This document shows positions 1 to 7,577 of a DNA stretch of 64,000 bases, one piece after another. This DNA is from an uncultured Gammaproteobacteria bacterium (GTDB lineage: Bacteria > Patescibacteriota > Microgenomatia > Daviesbacterales > UBA10151). The position numbers and the translations under genes were made by a program. The DNA lies in NCBI GenBank assembly GCA_964406775.1, contig CAYOSW010000001.1, forward strand, positions 10,474 to 74,473, written 5' to 3'. Position 1 is the first letter of the stretch. The number at the start of each line of letters is the position of its first letter. The notes under the pieces were generated by a model. The model did no database searches. It was not told where the DNA came from and was given only the letters and a program-made list of their open reading frames with translations.

Positions 1-2
1 CC

Positions 3-830
3 TACTCATCTTGGGAGGCCGCATATGGAGGAAACACTCATTCTATGCAATCTGATCCACAACTAACTGATCCGGGATCTGCTAATTTTACTCTTCGGGC
101 CGGTTCTCCGGCTATTAATGCCGGTGTTGTATTATCTGGTATCAATGATGGATATAGCGGTTCGGCTCCTGACCTGGGAGCTTTTGAATATATATTCCCA
201 AGTTCTAACTCCCCATCTCAAAGTAATCCCGGCCCTGCTTCTTGTACAGATAGTGCACCGACAGGAACACCAGATTTATTTCAAATAGATGCAACTCCTA
301 CTCAAGCAACATTATATTTTGCTCCTGTTTCTGGATCAGTGAGCAGCTATTATATTTCCTATGGTTTATCCTCAGGAAACTATCAATATGGCACAAATTT
401 ACCCTCGAATCCTACAGGAGGTGCATTGTCTTACACAATAAACTCCTTAGCCCCTAATACCACCTATTACTTCACTATTCGTTCAGGAAATGGCTGTGCA
501 CCAGGAAAGTGGAGTAATGAGATGAGTGCCAAAACAGCTAAAAAGGGCGCATCAAATGGAATTAGTTACTTTAAGAATTTTCCTGCAAGAGTCTACTCAA
601 TTGTGCCTAAAAAAGTGTCTGTTCTGCAAACTACTGCTTCTAAGAAAAACGTAAATACTAAATCTCAAACAAGTGGAAGTTGTGAGTATATTGTCCAATC
701 TGGAGATTCTTTATGGAGTATTGCGAGTTTCCAACTAGGAAGTGGAAAACTTTACAAAGAAATTATGGAAAAGAATAACTTAGATTCTACATCACTTCAT
801 AATGGGCAAAAGCTTAAAGTCGGTTGTTAA
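3..830 (+). CDS. C-terminal part of a secreted/surface protein: beta-helix-type tail, fibronectin type III domain and LysM domain (5'-truncated by the window edge)
   Basis: Frame is open from position 3. Motifs: DPQL..FTLRAGSPAINAG..APDLGAFE; FnIII pattern YTINSLAPNTTYYFTI; LysM pattern YIVQSGDSLWSIA..NNL..LHNGQKL. Confidence 0.8.
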   Translation, partial: YSSWEAAYGGNTHSMQSDPQLTDPGSANFTLRAGSPAINAGVVLSGINDGYSGSAPDLGAFEYIFPSSNSPSQSNPGPASCTDSAPTGTPDLFQIDATPTQATLYFAPVSGSVSSYYISYGLSSGNYQYGTNLPSNPTGGALSYTINSLAPNTTYYFTIRSGNGCAPGKWSNEMSAKTAKKGASNGISYFKNFPARVYSIVPKKVSVLQTTASKKNVNTKSQTSGSCEYIVQSGDSLWSIASFQLGSGKLYKEIMEKNNLDSTSLHNGQKLKVGC

Positions 831-848
831 TTATTTCTTAAGTTTCTA

Positions 849-1004
849 AGGGTTGCACCCCTCTTTTGCAAGGGTATATGAACGAGATCGTTGTCTCGCC
901 CTTGCAAAATTCACCCGGCTGTTTAGAAAGCATGTATTGGAAGCAAGCAGGCTGCTTCCATAAAACTAATTCTTTTAGGAAAAAATCTACAGCCGGAAAG
1001 GAGG
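849..1004 (+). promoter_or_regulatory. Nested multi-hairpin leader, candidate single-stranded-DNA promoter (Frpo/ssi-like), ending in a Shine-Dalgarno site
   Basis: Inverted repeats TTTTGCAAGGG 864-874 / CCCTTGCAAAA 899-909, CCGGCTGT 915-922 / ACAGCCGG 989-996 and TGGAAGCA 938-945 / TGCTTCCA 953-960. AGGAGG at 999-1004. Confidence 0.5.
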
Positions 1005-1011
1005 GATATAT

Positions 1012-1440
1012 ATGAGTGCTTTTATGGTTGAAGACAAAACTATTAATAGAGTTGTCACTTGGTTAGGAAACGAAGTTAAGAAATCGGAAGGTTACGATCT
1101 TAAAGAGAAATTAGAGGAACTAAACTATAATCTTACTTCTGATGAATGGGAAGAAATTTTAGCCAAGGACATGTTTCAATTAAATACTGATGGCGTGAAT
1201 GCTAGGTATGGAAATGGTGAAGCAGAAAAGTTTAGACCACTGGATTTTCAATACCAATCGGAATATTCTTTTACAACTGTACAGATATTAAAGTCTTTAC
1301 AATGTTGGCTTTATCAGTGTACTGAAGGAAATCTACCAAAAACAGAACTCTATCAGTTTTTTGATAATGTTGTTGAGACATATCTACTCAAAAAAATTGT
1401 TTATGCTCTTCCTCAGTATGATAGTGCTGAGTGGGCTTAA
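1012..1440 (+). CDS. Hypothetical mobile-element protein (142 aa; NARY and CWLYQC motifs)
   Basis: Clean ORF with a strong SD, followed by a hairpin. Confidence 0.8.
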   Translation: MSAFMVEDKTINRVVTWLGNEVKKSEGYDLKEKLEELNYNLTSDEWEEILAKDMFQLNTDGVNARYGNGEAEKFRPLDFQYQSEYSFTTVQILKSLQCWLYQCTEGNLPKTELYQFFDNVVETYLLKKIVYALPQYDSAEWA

Positions 1441-1447
1441 AAAATTA

Positions 1448-1472
1448 CTAACCACCTCTGCCCGGTGGTTAG
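1448..1472. terminator. Hairpin between convergent genes (probable terminator)
   Basis: CTAACCACC-N7-GGTGGTTAG perfect 9-bp stem. Confidence 0.55.
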
Positions 1473-1473
1473 C

Positions 1474-2289
1474 CTATTCTACTTTCTGCCAAAGTGTTTT
1501 TGGATCTTTTGTTTTGATGGCATTTTTAGTTTCTAGAAATAGTTGAATATCAGCGGTAATAGCTTTTTGTAAAACTGCCTGCCCATATTTAAAAATATGA
1601 AATTTTAGACTATCTGTAGGTAACACAAATAATATTGCAGGAAATGGACTGTTATTAGTATTTTCCTGCCAGGTATTATCATTGAAATACTTTATATACT
1701 CCTGTATTCTTTGTCTGGGTAACCACTTAGGATCTGAGTCTTTAAAGATATGCAAGAAAAATCTTCTTATTTTATTTCCTTCCTGAAAAACAACATAAGC
1801 ATCTAGTTCAGTTTTAGGAAAGTAATCAAATTTTGTTAAATTAGATTGGGTAAAAAACTTAAGTTCTTCGTTTGGATTTTTTTGAGACAATAAAAAGAGA
1901 AACATATCAACAATTTCTCTACAGTGATTTTTAAAAATAGGTTTTCTGCTTTTTTCTCTGTAAACCTTTTCTAAAACGGTAATATCATAACCGTCTAATT
2001 TCTTGAGAAATTTTCTTCCCAGTGGGGCAAGAAAATAATTAGCTGGTTTTCTGTTTTCATTTATATCGGTTCTTTTGTAGTCTGTATCTATATACTTTAA
2101 AGTTGTTAATTCTTTTAGCCATTCTTGGGTAGTTGATGGATCTTTATGGTTAAATAGTTTTTGGAATTGATAGGTGTTAATGAAGCGGAATTTATAGATA
2201 TCTTTGATGATTTGTTGTTGATTAAGTGTAATCTTTGGTAGAGTATCGTGAAGTTTTGAGTCAGTTTGTTTTTTAGTCAGTCTTTTCAT
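1474..2289 (-). CDS. Replication-relaxation (Replic_Relax-like) family protein
   Basis: N-terminal winged helix (IYKFRFINTYQFQKL..YFLAPLG), H-x5-D (HCREIVD) and a degenerate PD-(D/E)xK-like segment (ELDAYV..RFFLHI). Lies directly downstream of the coupling ATPase. Confidence 0.7.
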   Translation of the reverse strand: MKRLTKKQTDSKLHDTLPKITLNQQQIIKDIYKFRFINTYQFQKLFNHKDPSTTQEWLKELTTLKYIDTDYKRTDINENRKPANYFLAPLGRKFLKKLDGYDITVLEKVYREKSRKPIFKNHCREIVDMFLFLLSQKNPNEELKFFTQSNLTKFDYFPKTELDAYVVFQEGNKIRRFFLHIFKDSDPKWLPRQRIQEYIKYFNDNTWQENTNNSPFPAILFVLPTDSLKFHIFKYGQAVLQKAITADIQLFLETKNAIKTKDPKTLWQKVE

Positions 2290-2393
2290 TTTTTACTTCC
2301 TCTTATATTTATATAAGTAATAATAAAGCAGGATTTTTATTCTATTTAGCTTTAATTTTGTTTATTTTTTGCCAGTACGGGTATTGGCAATTA

Positions 2394-5114
2394 TTAGACA
2401 TTTTGGAATTCAGGCATATTAGGAACTCCGCCAGTATTTTTAACCTCTGGAATTTCTTCTGAAGCTTTATTTACTAAAGTTTTAACCTTTTTTATTCCCT
2501 CCGGTTTTTTATAAACAATGGCATTGTTTTTTCTGGATGCTGCCATGAGTTTTTCGATCTTCTTAACATTTTTAACAACCTCTATTTTGATCGTTTCTCC
2601 GGAAAACGGTTCTTCTGACTCAATGGCTGACATCTTAATATAGAACTTGTACCTAGGAAGAGATTGTATTTCACCCTTTTCAACATAAGGGTACAGTTGG
2701 GAGAGAAGTAGCTCTTCATCTATCGGATTACCAGTTCTAAAAGTTACTACTGTCGTAACGTTTGAAAGAATAATATTCACAATACTTCTATCTTGTTGTT
2801 GAGAGGTTGATTGTTCGGCAATACAAACATCTAGTCCATACTTTCTGCCCTCGGATAACATTTTAGCAAAGGATAAAGTTGCAAAGTTTTGAAACTCATC
2901 AACATATAAATGAAATTGTTTTCTTTTCGCTTGTGGAATATCTGCCCGTTTTAATGCTGCTTGTTGGAGCTTAGTTAAAATGGTTGTTCCTAACAGTCTT
3001 GCGGTATCCTCACCTAACTTCCCTTGAGAAAAGTTACATATTAGAATTTTCCCATCTAAAATATCTCTAAAATTAATTGTTGATTTTTTCTGCTCAAGGA
3101 TTCTTTTTGCAGTAGGAGAAAAAAGAAATCTTCCAATCTTAGCTGTGACACCACTGACCATTTTAACCACCTGATAATCACCAGCTCTGCCAAACTCAAA
3201 CTTCCAGAAGTTCTTTAAGTTCTCATCTTGAAGTTTAGCAACTACTTGTTTTTGGAAGGTAGGATTATTAAGAAGATCATATAACGTAAAAATAGTTGGG
3301 CTTTCAGTTGTAAAAGCAGTATGAATAGTATTTCTTAAAATATATTCAATTCGATGAGCATTAGCATTTTCTTCTTTTGAGAATACTTTTCTAAATAAAG
3401 ATACAACTCCTTCTGCTACAACTTCTTTTTCAAGTTCTGCTTCATCCTCATCAAGCCCAGGAGTAAGCTCTAATAAGTTAATGCCTACCGGATGTTTTAA
3501 ATCAAAAGGATTGAGATAGACTAAATCATTTATTCTCTTTTCAGGTATACAAGTTAGTAAATCTTCAGAGACATCACCATGAGGATCAAGAAATGCCATC
3601 CCTGCCCCTTGCTCGATATCATGCTTAGCCATTGAAAACATTAAGGTGGTTTTTCCAGATCCAGTTCTTCCAATAATATACATATGGGTTTTTCTCTCTT
3701 CTTCAGAAAGCCCAATTATTGTTTCCGTTCCTCCATAGGTGTTTTTTCCCAGAACAACAGATAATTGTTTGTTATTCTTTAATGAAACCGGCGCAGGAAG
3801 TTCTTTGCTATGTGCTTTAATAATATTTTCTGTTTGAGTAACTCTAGTAAAAGGAAAATGATAAAGGTCGGATATTTCAGAGACTGATAAAACAGTTGGA
3901 CTACTATTAAAAGAAAAAGACAATAATCTCTTTTTAAAATTAAGAAAGAGGAACTTATTAAATCCAGAAAATGGGAAAGTCATTTTCTTTTTTAAAGATT
4001 GACTACTAGGAGTAGTAAAAATACCTAAAGAAGAATTAAAACCTCTTACTCTTTCCGATAATTCATGTTTATCTTTCATTCCGATAAGCACTCTAATTCT
4101 TGCTTCAAATAATGGCTGATCAATTTTTTCCTCAATAGCTCTCACTGCCTCTTGTTCAAAGTTAGTTAATACTCTCGCTGGCTTTTGTAGGTTCTGTGAA
4201 TTGTAATATGCCATATACTGCATTTGGGATTGTCTGGCTGCCATTTTGGCATCACCTAAATCGTTAACAACAGTCCTTAAAGCCCACCCTAAAACACCCA
4301 GGGCAATTTTAATCATGGTAATAGGAAACTTCAGAATACTTATTAATTGGGAGCTACTTAACTCATTTATATATCCCAAAGCATCTTCACCTCTTAAAAT
4401 CTTTTGTTTGATATATGCCGTGCTGTTTCTTTGAGTTGGAGATAATACTATTTGAAACGAGATGAGTTCTTGAGGAGATAATTTAGTCATCATTCCGGTA
4501 ATGTAGGCAACTGGATCATGTTCGATTAATACATTTTGTTTTTGGAGTGGATAGGCAAAATGTTTTGTTAAATCAAATTCAATAACTTTACTGTGAAAGT
4601 TCGGGAGATCTGATATTTTCTCCGGTAAATACTCATTGGCAACTTTGACACTGACTTGAGGTAGATATGAAAGCAAACTTCGCTTGAGATTATTTACTTG
4701 ATGAGGAGAGGTTCTTATTAAATATCTAATACCTTGTTTTTGCGTAGACACAATCTCACAAGCAAAAACAATCTTCTTCCCAATTACTTTATCCCAAAGT
4801 GATCGCTCCTTTCCTAAATTATGGATAACTGAGAATAATTGTTGTGTTGTATACGCTGTCTTTTCTGTAGTTGCCGGAGGTGTGAGTTCTAAAAGAATAG
4901 ATTTTTCTGTGAATGATTTTTTAAAAGAGATAACTTTACGGATTATATAGAGAAGACAAATAAAAACTATTCCAGTTAATAGAAACGGTAATAAGGAAAT
5001 TGATGCACTAGAATTTACCTGAGGAAGTGCTTTCGAGTGAAAGAATTGATTTAATAAATAATCTGCTCGTAAATGCTGGATGTCCATAAAACTACCCTTA
5101 TAGGGCAGTTTCAA
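2394..5114 (-). CDS. Type IV secretion coupling protein-like ATPase (VirD4/TraG/TrwB-HerA family) with N-terminal membrane anchor
   Basis: Walker A GRTGSGKT, DPHGD, Walker B LYVDEFQNF, SEGRKYG and an N-terminal TM helix. Alternative ATG start at 5087. Confidence 0.85.
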   Translation of the reverse strand: MKLPYKGSFMDIQHLRADYLLNQFFHSKALPQVNSSASISLLPFLLTGIVFICLLYIIRKVISFKKSFTEKSILLELTPPATTEKTAYTTQQLFSVIHNLGKERSLWDKVIGKKIVFACEIVSTQKQGIRYLIRTSPHQVNNLKRSLLSYLPQVSVKVANEYLPEKISDLPNFHSKVIEFDLTKHFAYPLQKQNVLIEHDPVAYITGMMTKLSPQELISFQIVLSPTQRNSTAYIKQKILRGEDALGYINELSSSQLISILKFPITMIKIALGVLGWALRTVVNDLGDAKMAARQSQMQYMAYYNSQNLQKPARVLTNFEQEAVRAIEEKIDQPLFEARIRVLIGMKDKHELSERVRGFNSSLGIFTTPSSQSLKKKMTFPFSGFNKFLFLNFKKRLLSFSFNSSPTVLSVSEISDLYHFPFTRVTQTENIIKAHSKELPAPVSLKNNKQLSVVLGKNTYGGTETIIGLSEEERKTHMYIIGRTGSGKTTLMFSMAKHDIEQGAGMAFLDPHGDVSEDLLTCIPEKRINDLVYLNPFDLKHPVGINLLELTPGLDEDEAELEKEVVAEGVVSLFRKVFSKEENANAHRIEYILRNTIHTAFTTESPTIFTLYDLLNNPTFQKQVVAKLQDENLKNFWKFEFGRAGDYQVVKMVSGVTAKIGRFLFSPTAKRILEQKKSTINFRDILDGKILICNFSQGKLGEDTARLLGTTILTKLQQAALKRADIPQAKRKQFHLYVDEFQNFATLSFAKMLSEGRKYGLDVCIAEQSTSQQQDRSIVNIILSNVTTVVTFRTGNPIDEELLLSQLYPYVEKGEIQSLPRYKFYIKMSAIESEEPFSGETIKIEVVKNVKKIEKLMAASRKNNAIVYKKPEGIKKVKTLVNKASEEIPEVKNTGGVPNMPEFQNV

Positions 5115-5148
5115 AGCAACGTAAGTATATCATAAAGCTAATTCGTGC

Positions 5149-5189
5149 TTGACAACTATCTATATTTAGATATATACTACTATCTATAT
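5149..5189 (+). promoter_or_regulatory. Sigma70-type promoter overlapped by an 11-bp direct repeat (candidate operator)
   Basis: TTGACA-N18-TATACT; ACTATCTATAT at 5155-5165 and 5179-5189. Confidence 0.5.
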
Positions 5190-5204
5190 CTCGATAGTTA
5201 AGTA

Positions 5205-5639
5205 TTGAATATGCAAGCTATAAATCTATCATTATTCTCAGACGATAACTCTACAAAAACTCCTTATATTCCAAATAGTGAGAAACAAGCGAAACAAATA
5301 CCTAAAGTAGCAGAAGAACAAATATTAACACCAGTAGCAGAGATACTAGGTAAGGTTGCTGTTCAACCTCCTAAAAATATTGGACCTACTGAACTTCTCT
5401 CTCAGTCAATTAGTAACTCTTTAAATTCACTTTTTCCAGAACAACAATATGATGATAAAGATATTCAAAAAGCTAAACAAATACTTGGAGAAATTGCCAA
5501 TCAGTTTAGTCCGGAAGAATTAAAAGTGGCAGTTACTGAGATTCAATATCTGGTAAGCACTTGGATAGATGATTTTGAAAAAGAAATCTTTGATGGAAAA
5601 ACTCTAAGAGAATTATTGCATGAGAAAGGTAGTCTATGA
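5205..5639 (+). CDS. Hypothetical protein translationally coupled to the recombinase
   Basis: ORF overlaps the recombinase start (ATGA). ATG at 5211 is the likely start. Confidence 0.7.
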   Translation: MNMQAINLSLFSDDNSTKTPYIPNSEKQAKQIPKVAEEQILTPVAEILGKVAVQPPKNIGPTELLSQSISNSLNSLFPEQQYDDKDIQKAKQILGEIANQFSPEELKVAVTEIQYLVSTWIDDFEKEIFDGKTLRELLHEKGSL

Positions 5640-7198
5640 ACAATATTATTCGTGATGATGGTAAAAAAGCGATTATTTACTTGAGAGTTTCTTCTGAAGA
5701 ACAAATAGATAACTTTTCTTTGGATACTCAGGAGGATATATGCCGAAAAGAAGCTCTAAAACGAGGCTATGAGGTTATTGAAGTATTCAGAGAAGAAGGT
5801 AAATCTGCTAAAAGTATTTTGGGTAGAACTGTTTTATTAAATCTACTTGAGTATTGTCGGAAGAAGAGCAATAAAGTCCAAGCTGTTTTTGTATACCGCT
5901 TAGATCGTATCTCCAGACAAACTGCTGATTATTTAGCTATTAGGAAAAAATTAGCTGAAAACGGTGCAAATATAATATCTGCTACAGAACCTACAGGGGA
6001 TAGTCCAACTGAAAAGTTAGTAGAGACTATATTAGCTGGATTTGCTCAACTGGATAATGATATTAGAAGTGAAAGAACAAAAAATGGCCTAAGAGCAAGA
6101 TTTAAAGCTGGACTCATTGGTAGGAAACCTCCAATAGGATATATTTCTCAGAGTGGTTATGCAGTAAAAGACCCTGAAACTTGGGATAATATAAAAAAGG
6201 CTTGGGATTTAATGGCAACCGGAACAAAGAGTTTAGCCGAAATGGCTAAAATTATGAATGAATGGGGAGTAAGAATAGTTACTAAGCAACAAACATATAC
6301 ATTAAGACCACAAACAGCTAATAGAATCTTCAGACAGAAATTCTACATGGGAATTGTTACTTCAGATAAATATCCGGAAGAAGTTAAAGGTCAACATATT
6401 CCTATGATTACTGAACAACAATATTATAAAGTGCAGGCAATTTTAGATGGGAGAAATGTTAATAAAGTGGCACTTGCTAAGAGAAATAGCGAAAATCCAG
6501 AATTTCCGTTGAGACGATTAGTTAAATGTTCTAAATGCGGTATGGGTTTAACTGCCGGATGGAGCAAAGGGAGAAACGCCAAGTATCCTTATTATCGTTG
6601 TGGAGGGCGTTGCGTAGCATCATCTATTAAAGTAGATGTTTTAGAAAATACTTTAATAGATCTTTTGAAACAAATTACTCCTACAAAAAAAGGACTAACT
6701 CTCTTTATTGCCTTTTTATACAAAACATACAACGAGCGACTTTCCAGATTGCAAAAGATTAATAGTGAAGCGGATGACGAAATTACACGTCTACAGACTA
6801 TGAGAAAGTTACTTGTTGAGAAAAATATTACGGGTGTTTATTCCGACGAAATATTCAAAGAACAAAACGCCATTATTGAAGACAAAATGATTCGAGCACA
6901 AGTTGTTAAAGATGATGCAACTATAGATAAATATAATATTGATGCTTTAACCAGCTTTATTAAGACATTACTGGCAGATTTAGGAGAAACGTACAAGAGA
7001 TCCAATATAAATCAGCTTCGTGTGCTGCTTGGTTCAATCTTCCCTGATGGACTAGCTTGGAACTATGAAGGCACATTGAACCATAGGATTAGCCCGATAT
7101 ATCAAGCTATTCGGGATAGTGAAAAGAATACTATCCCCTTTGGTACCGCGTACGGGAGTCGAACCCGTGATTACTGGGATGAAAACCCAGCGTCCTAA
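5636..7198 (+). CDS. Large serine recombinase (integrase)
   Basis: Resolvase catalytic motif YLRVSS..Q, RLDRISR, recombinase domain, zinc ribbon CSKC..YYRC..C and a coiled coil. The 3' end overlaps tRNA-Glu antisense. Confidence 0.93.
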   Translation: MNNIIRDDGKKAIIYLRVSSEEQIDNFSLDTQEDICRKEALKRGYEVIEVFREEGKSAKSILGRTVLLNLLEYCRKKSNKVQAVFVYRLDRISRQTADYLAIRKKLAENGANIISATEPTGDSPTEKLVETILAGFAQLDNDIRSERTKNGLRARFKAGLIGRKPPIGYISQSGYAVKDPETWDNIKKAWDLMATGTKSLAEMAKIMNEWGVRIVTKQQTYTLRPQTANRIFRQKFYMGIVTSDKYPEEVKGQHIPMITEQQYYKVQAILDGRNVNKVALAKRNSENPEFPLRRLVKCSKCGMGLTAGWSKGRNAKYPYYRCGGRCVASSIKVDVLENTLIDLLKQITPTKKGLTLFIAFLYKTYNERLSRLQKINSEADDEITRLQTMRKLLVEKNITGVYSDEIFKEQNAIIEDKMIRAQVVKDDATIDKYNIDALTSFIKTLLADLGETYKRSNINQLRVLLGSIFPDGLAWNYEGTLNHRISPIYQAIRDSEKNTIPFGTAYGSRTRDYWDENPAS

Positions 7199-7216
7199 CC
7201 ACTAGACGAACGCGGC
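7141..7216 (-). tRNA. tRNA-Glu (TTC), CCA encoded
   Basis: Cloverleaf: acceptor GCCGCGT/ACGCGGT, anticodon arm CTGGG-TTTTCAT-CCCAG, T-loop TTCGACT, 3' ACCA. Confidence 0.96.
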
Positions 7217-7409
7217 GCGTCGGAGTGTGCTCACAAGTTCGTTTTGTTTTCACAAAAGCTGAACTTACCACTACTCCTCCTTTCAAAATTGCTTTGCAAT
7301 TTTGGCAAAAGGCAATCAAGAAAAGCCCTGAAATTTTATCAAAAACTGAAAGAATAGTCTAATATCTCTTTAAGATCTCTTTGATGTTGTTTAATGCAGT
7401 TTTAATTAG

Positions 7410-7438
7410 TTGACCTGAGCCGTGAAAATCGCTATTTT
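7410..7438 (+). promoter_or_regulatory. Sigma70-like promoter with no downstream CDS
   Basis: TTGACC-N17-TATTTT. Confidence 0.4.
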
Positions 7439-7444
7439 ATTAGT

Positions 7445-7566
7445 CCAGCGTAAGTTGGGTTTCTCGCTAAAACATATACTTACTGTCTAAGTTTGTTTAT
7501 GTATGAAGTTTTAGCAATAAGACTTTGTATGGCGAGAGAGGAAAAAGCCCCGCAAGGGGCTTTTTC
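7445..7566 (+). ncRNA. Candidate small structured RNA
   Basis: Promoter upstream; CCAGC-GTAA-GTTGG GNRA hairpin; GCTAAAAC/GTTTTAGC stem; ends at an intrinsic terminator. Confidence 0.3.
7541..7566. terminator. Bidirectional intrinsic terminator
   Basis: GAAAAAGCCCC-GCAA-GGGGCTTTTTC, just past the P450 stop. Confidence 0.85.
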
Positions 7567-7577
7567 TGTGTTAGGGG

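Larger units (their letters stand above)
1..7140. mobile_element. Right part of an integrative (mobilizable/conjugative) element inserted at the tRNA-Glu 3' end; left end lies outside the window
   Basis: Relaxase, coupling-protein-like ATPase and large serine recombinase abut the tRNA 3' CCA end. The region is visibly more AT-rich than DNA beyond about 7580. Confidence 0.85.

Noticed and set aside
7131-7319. 62-aa minus-strand ORF
   Set aside because: It overlies tRNA-Glu and its hairpin leader; likely spurious.
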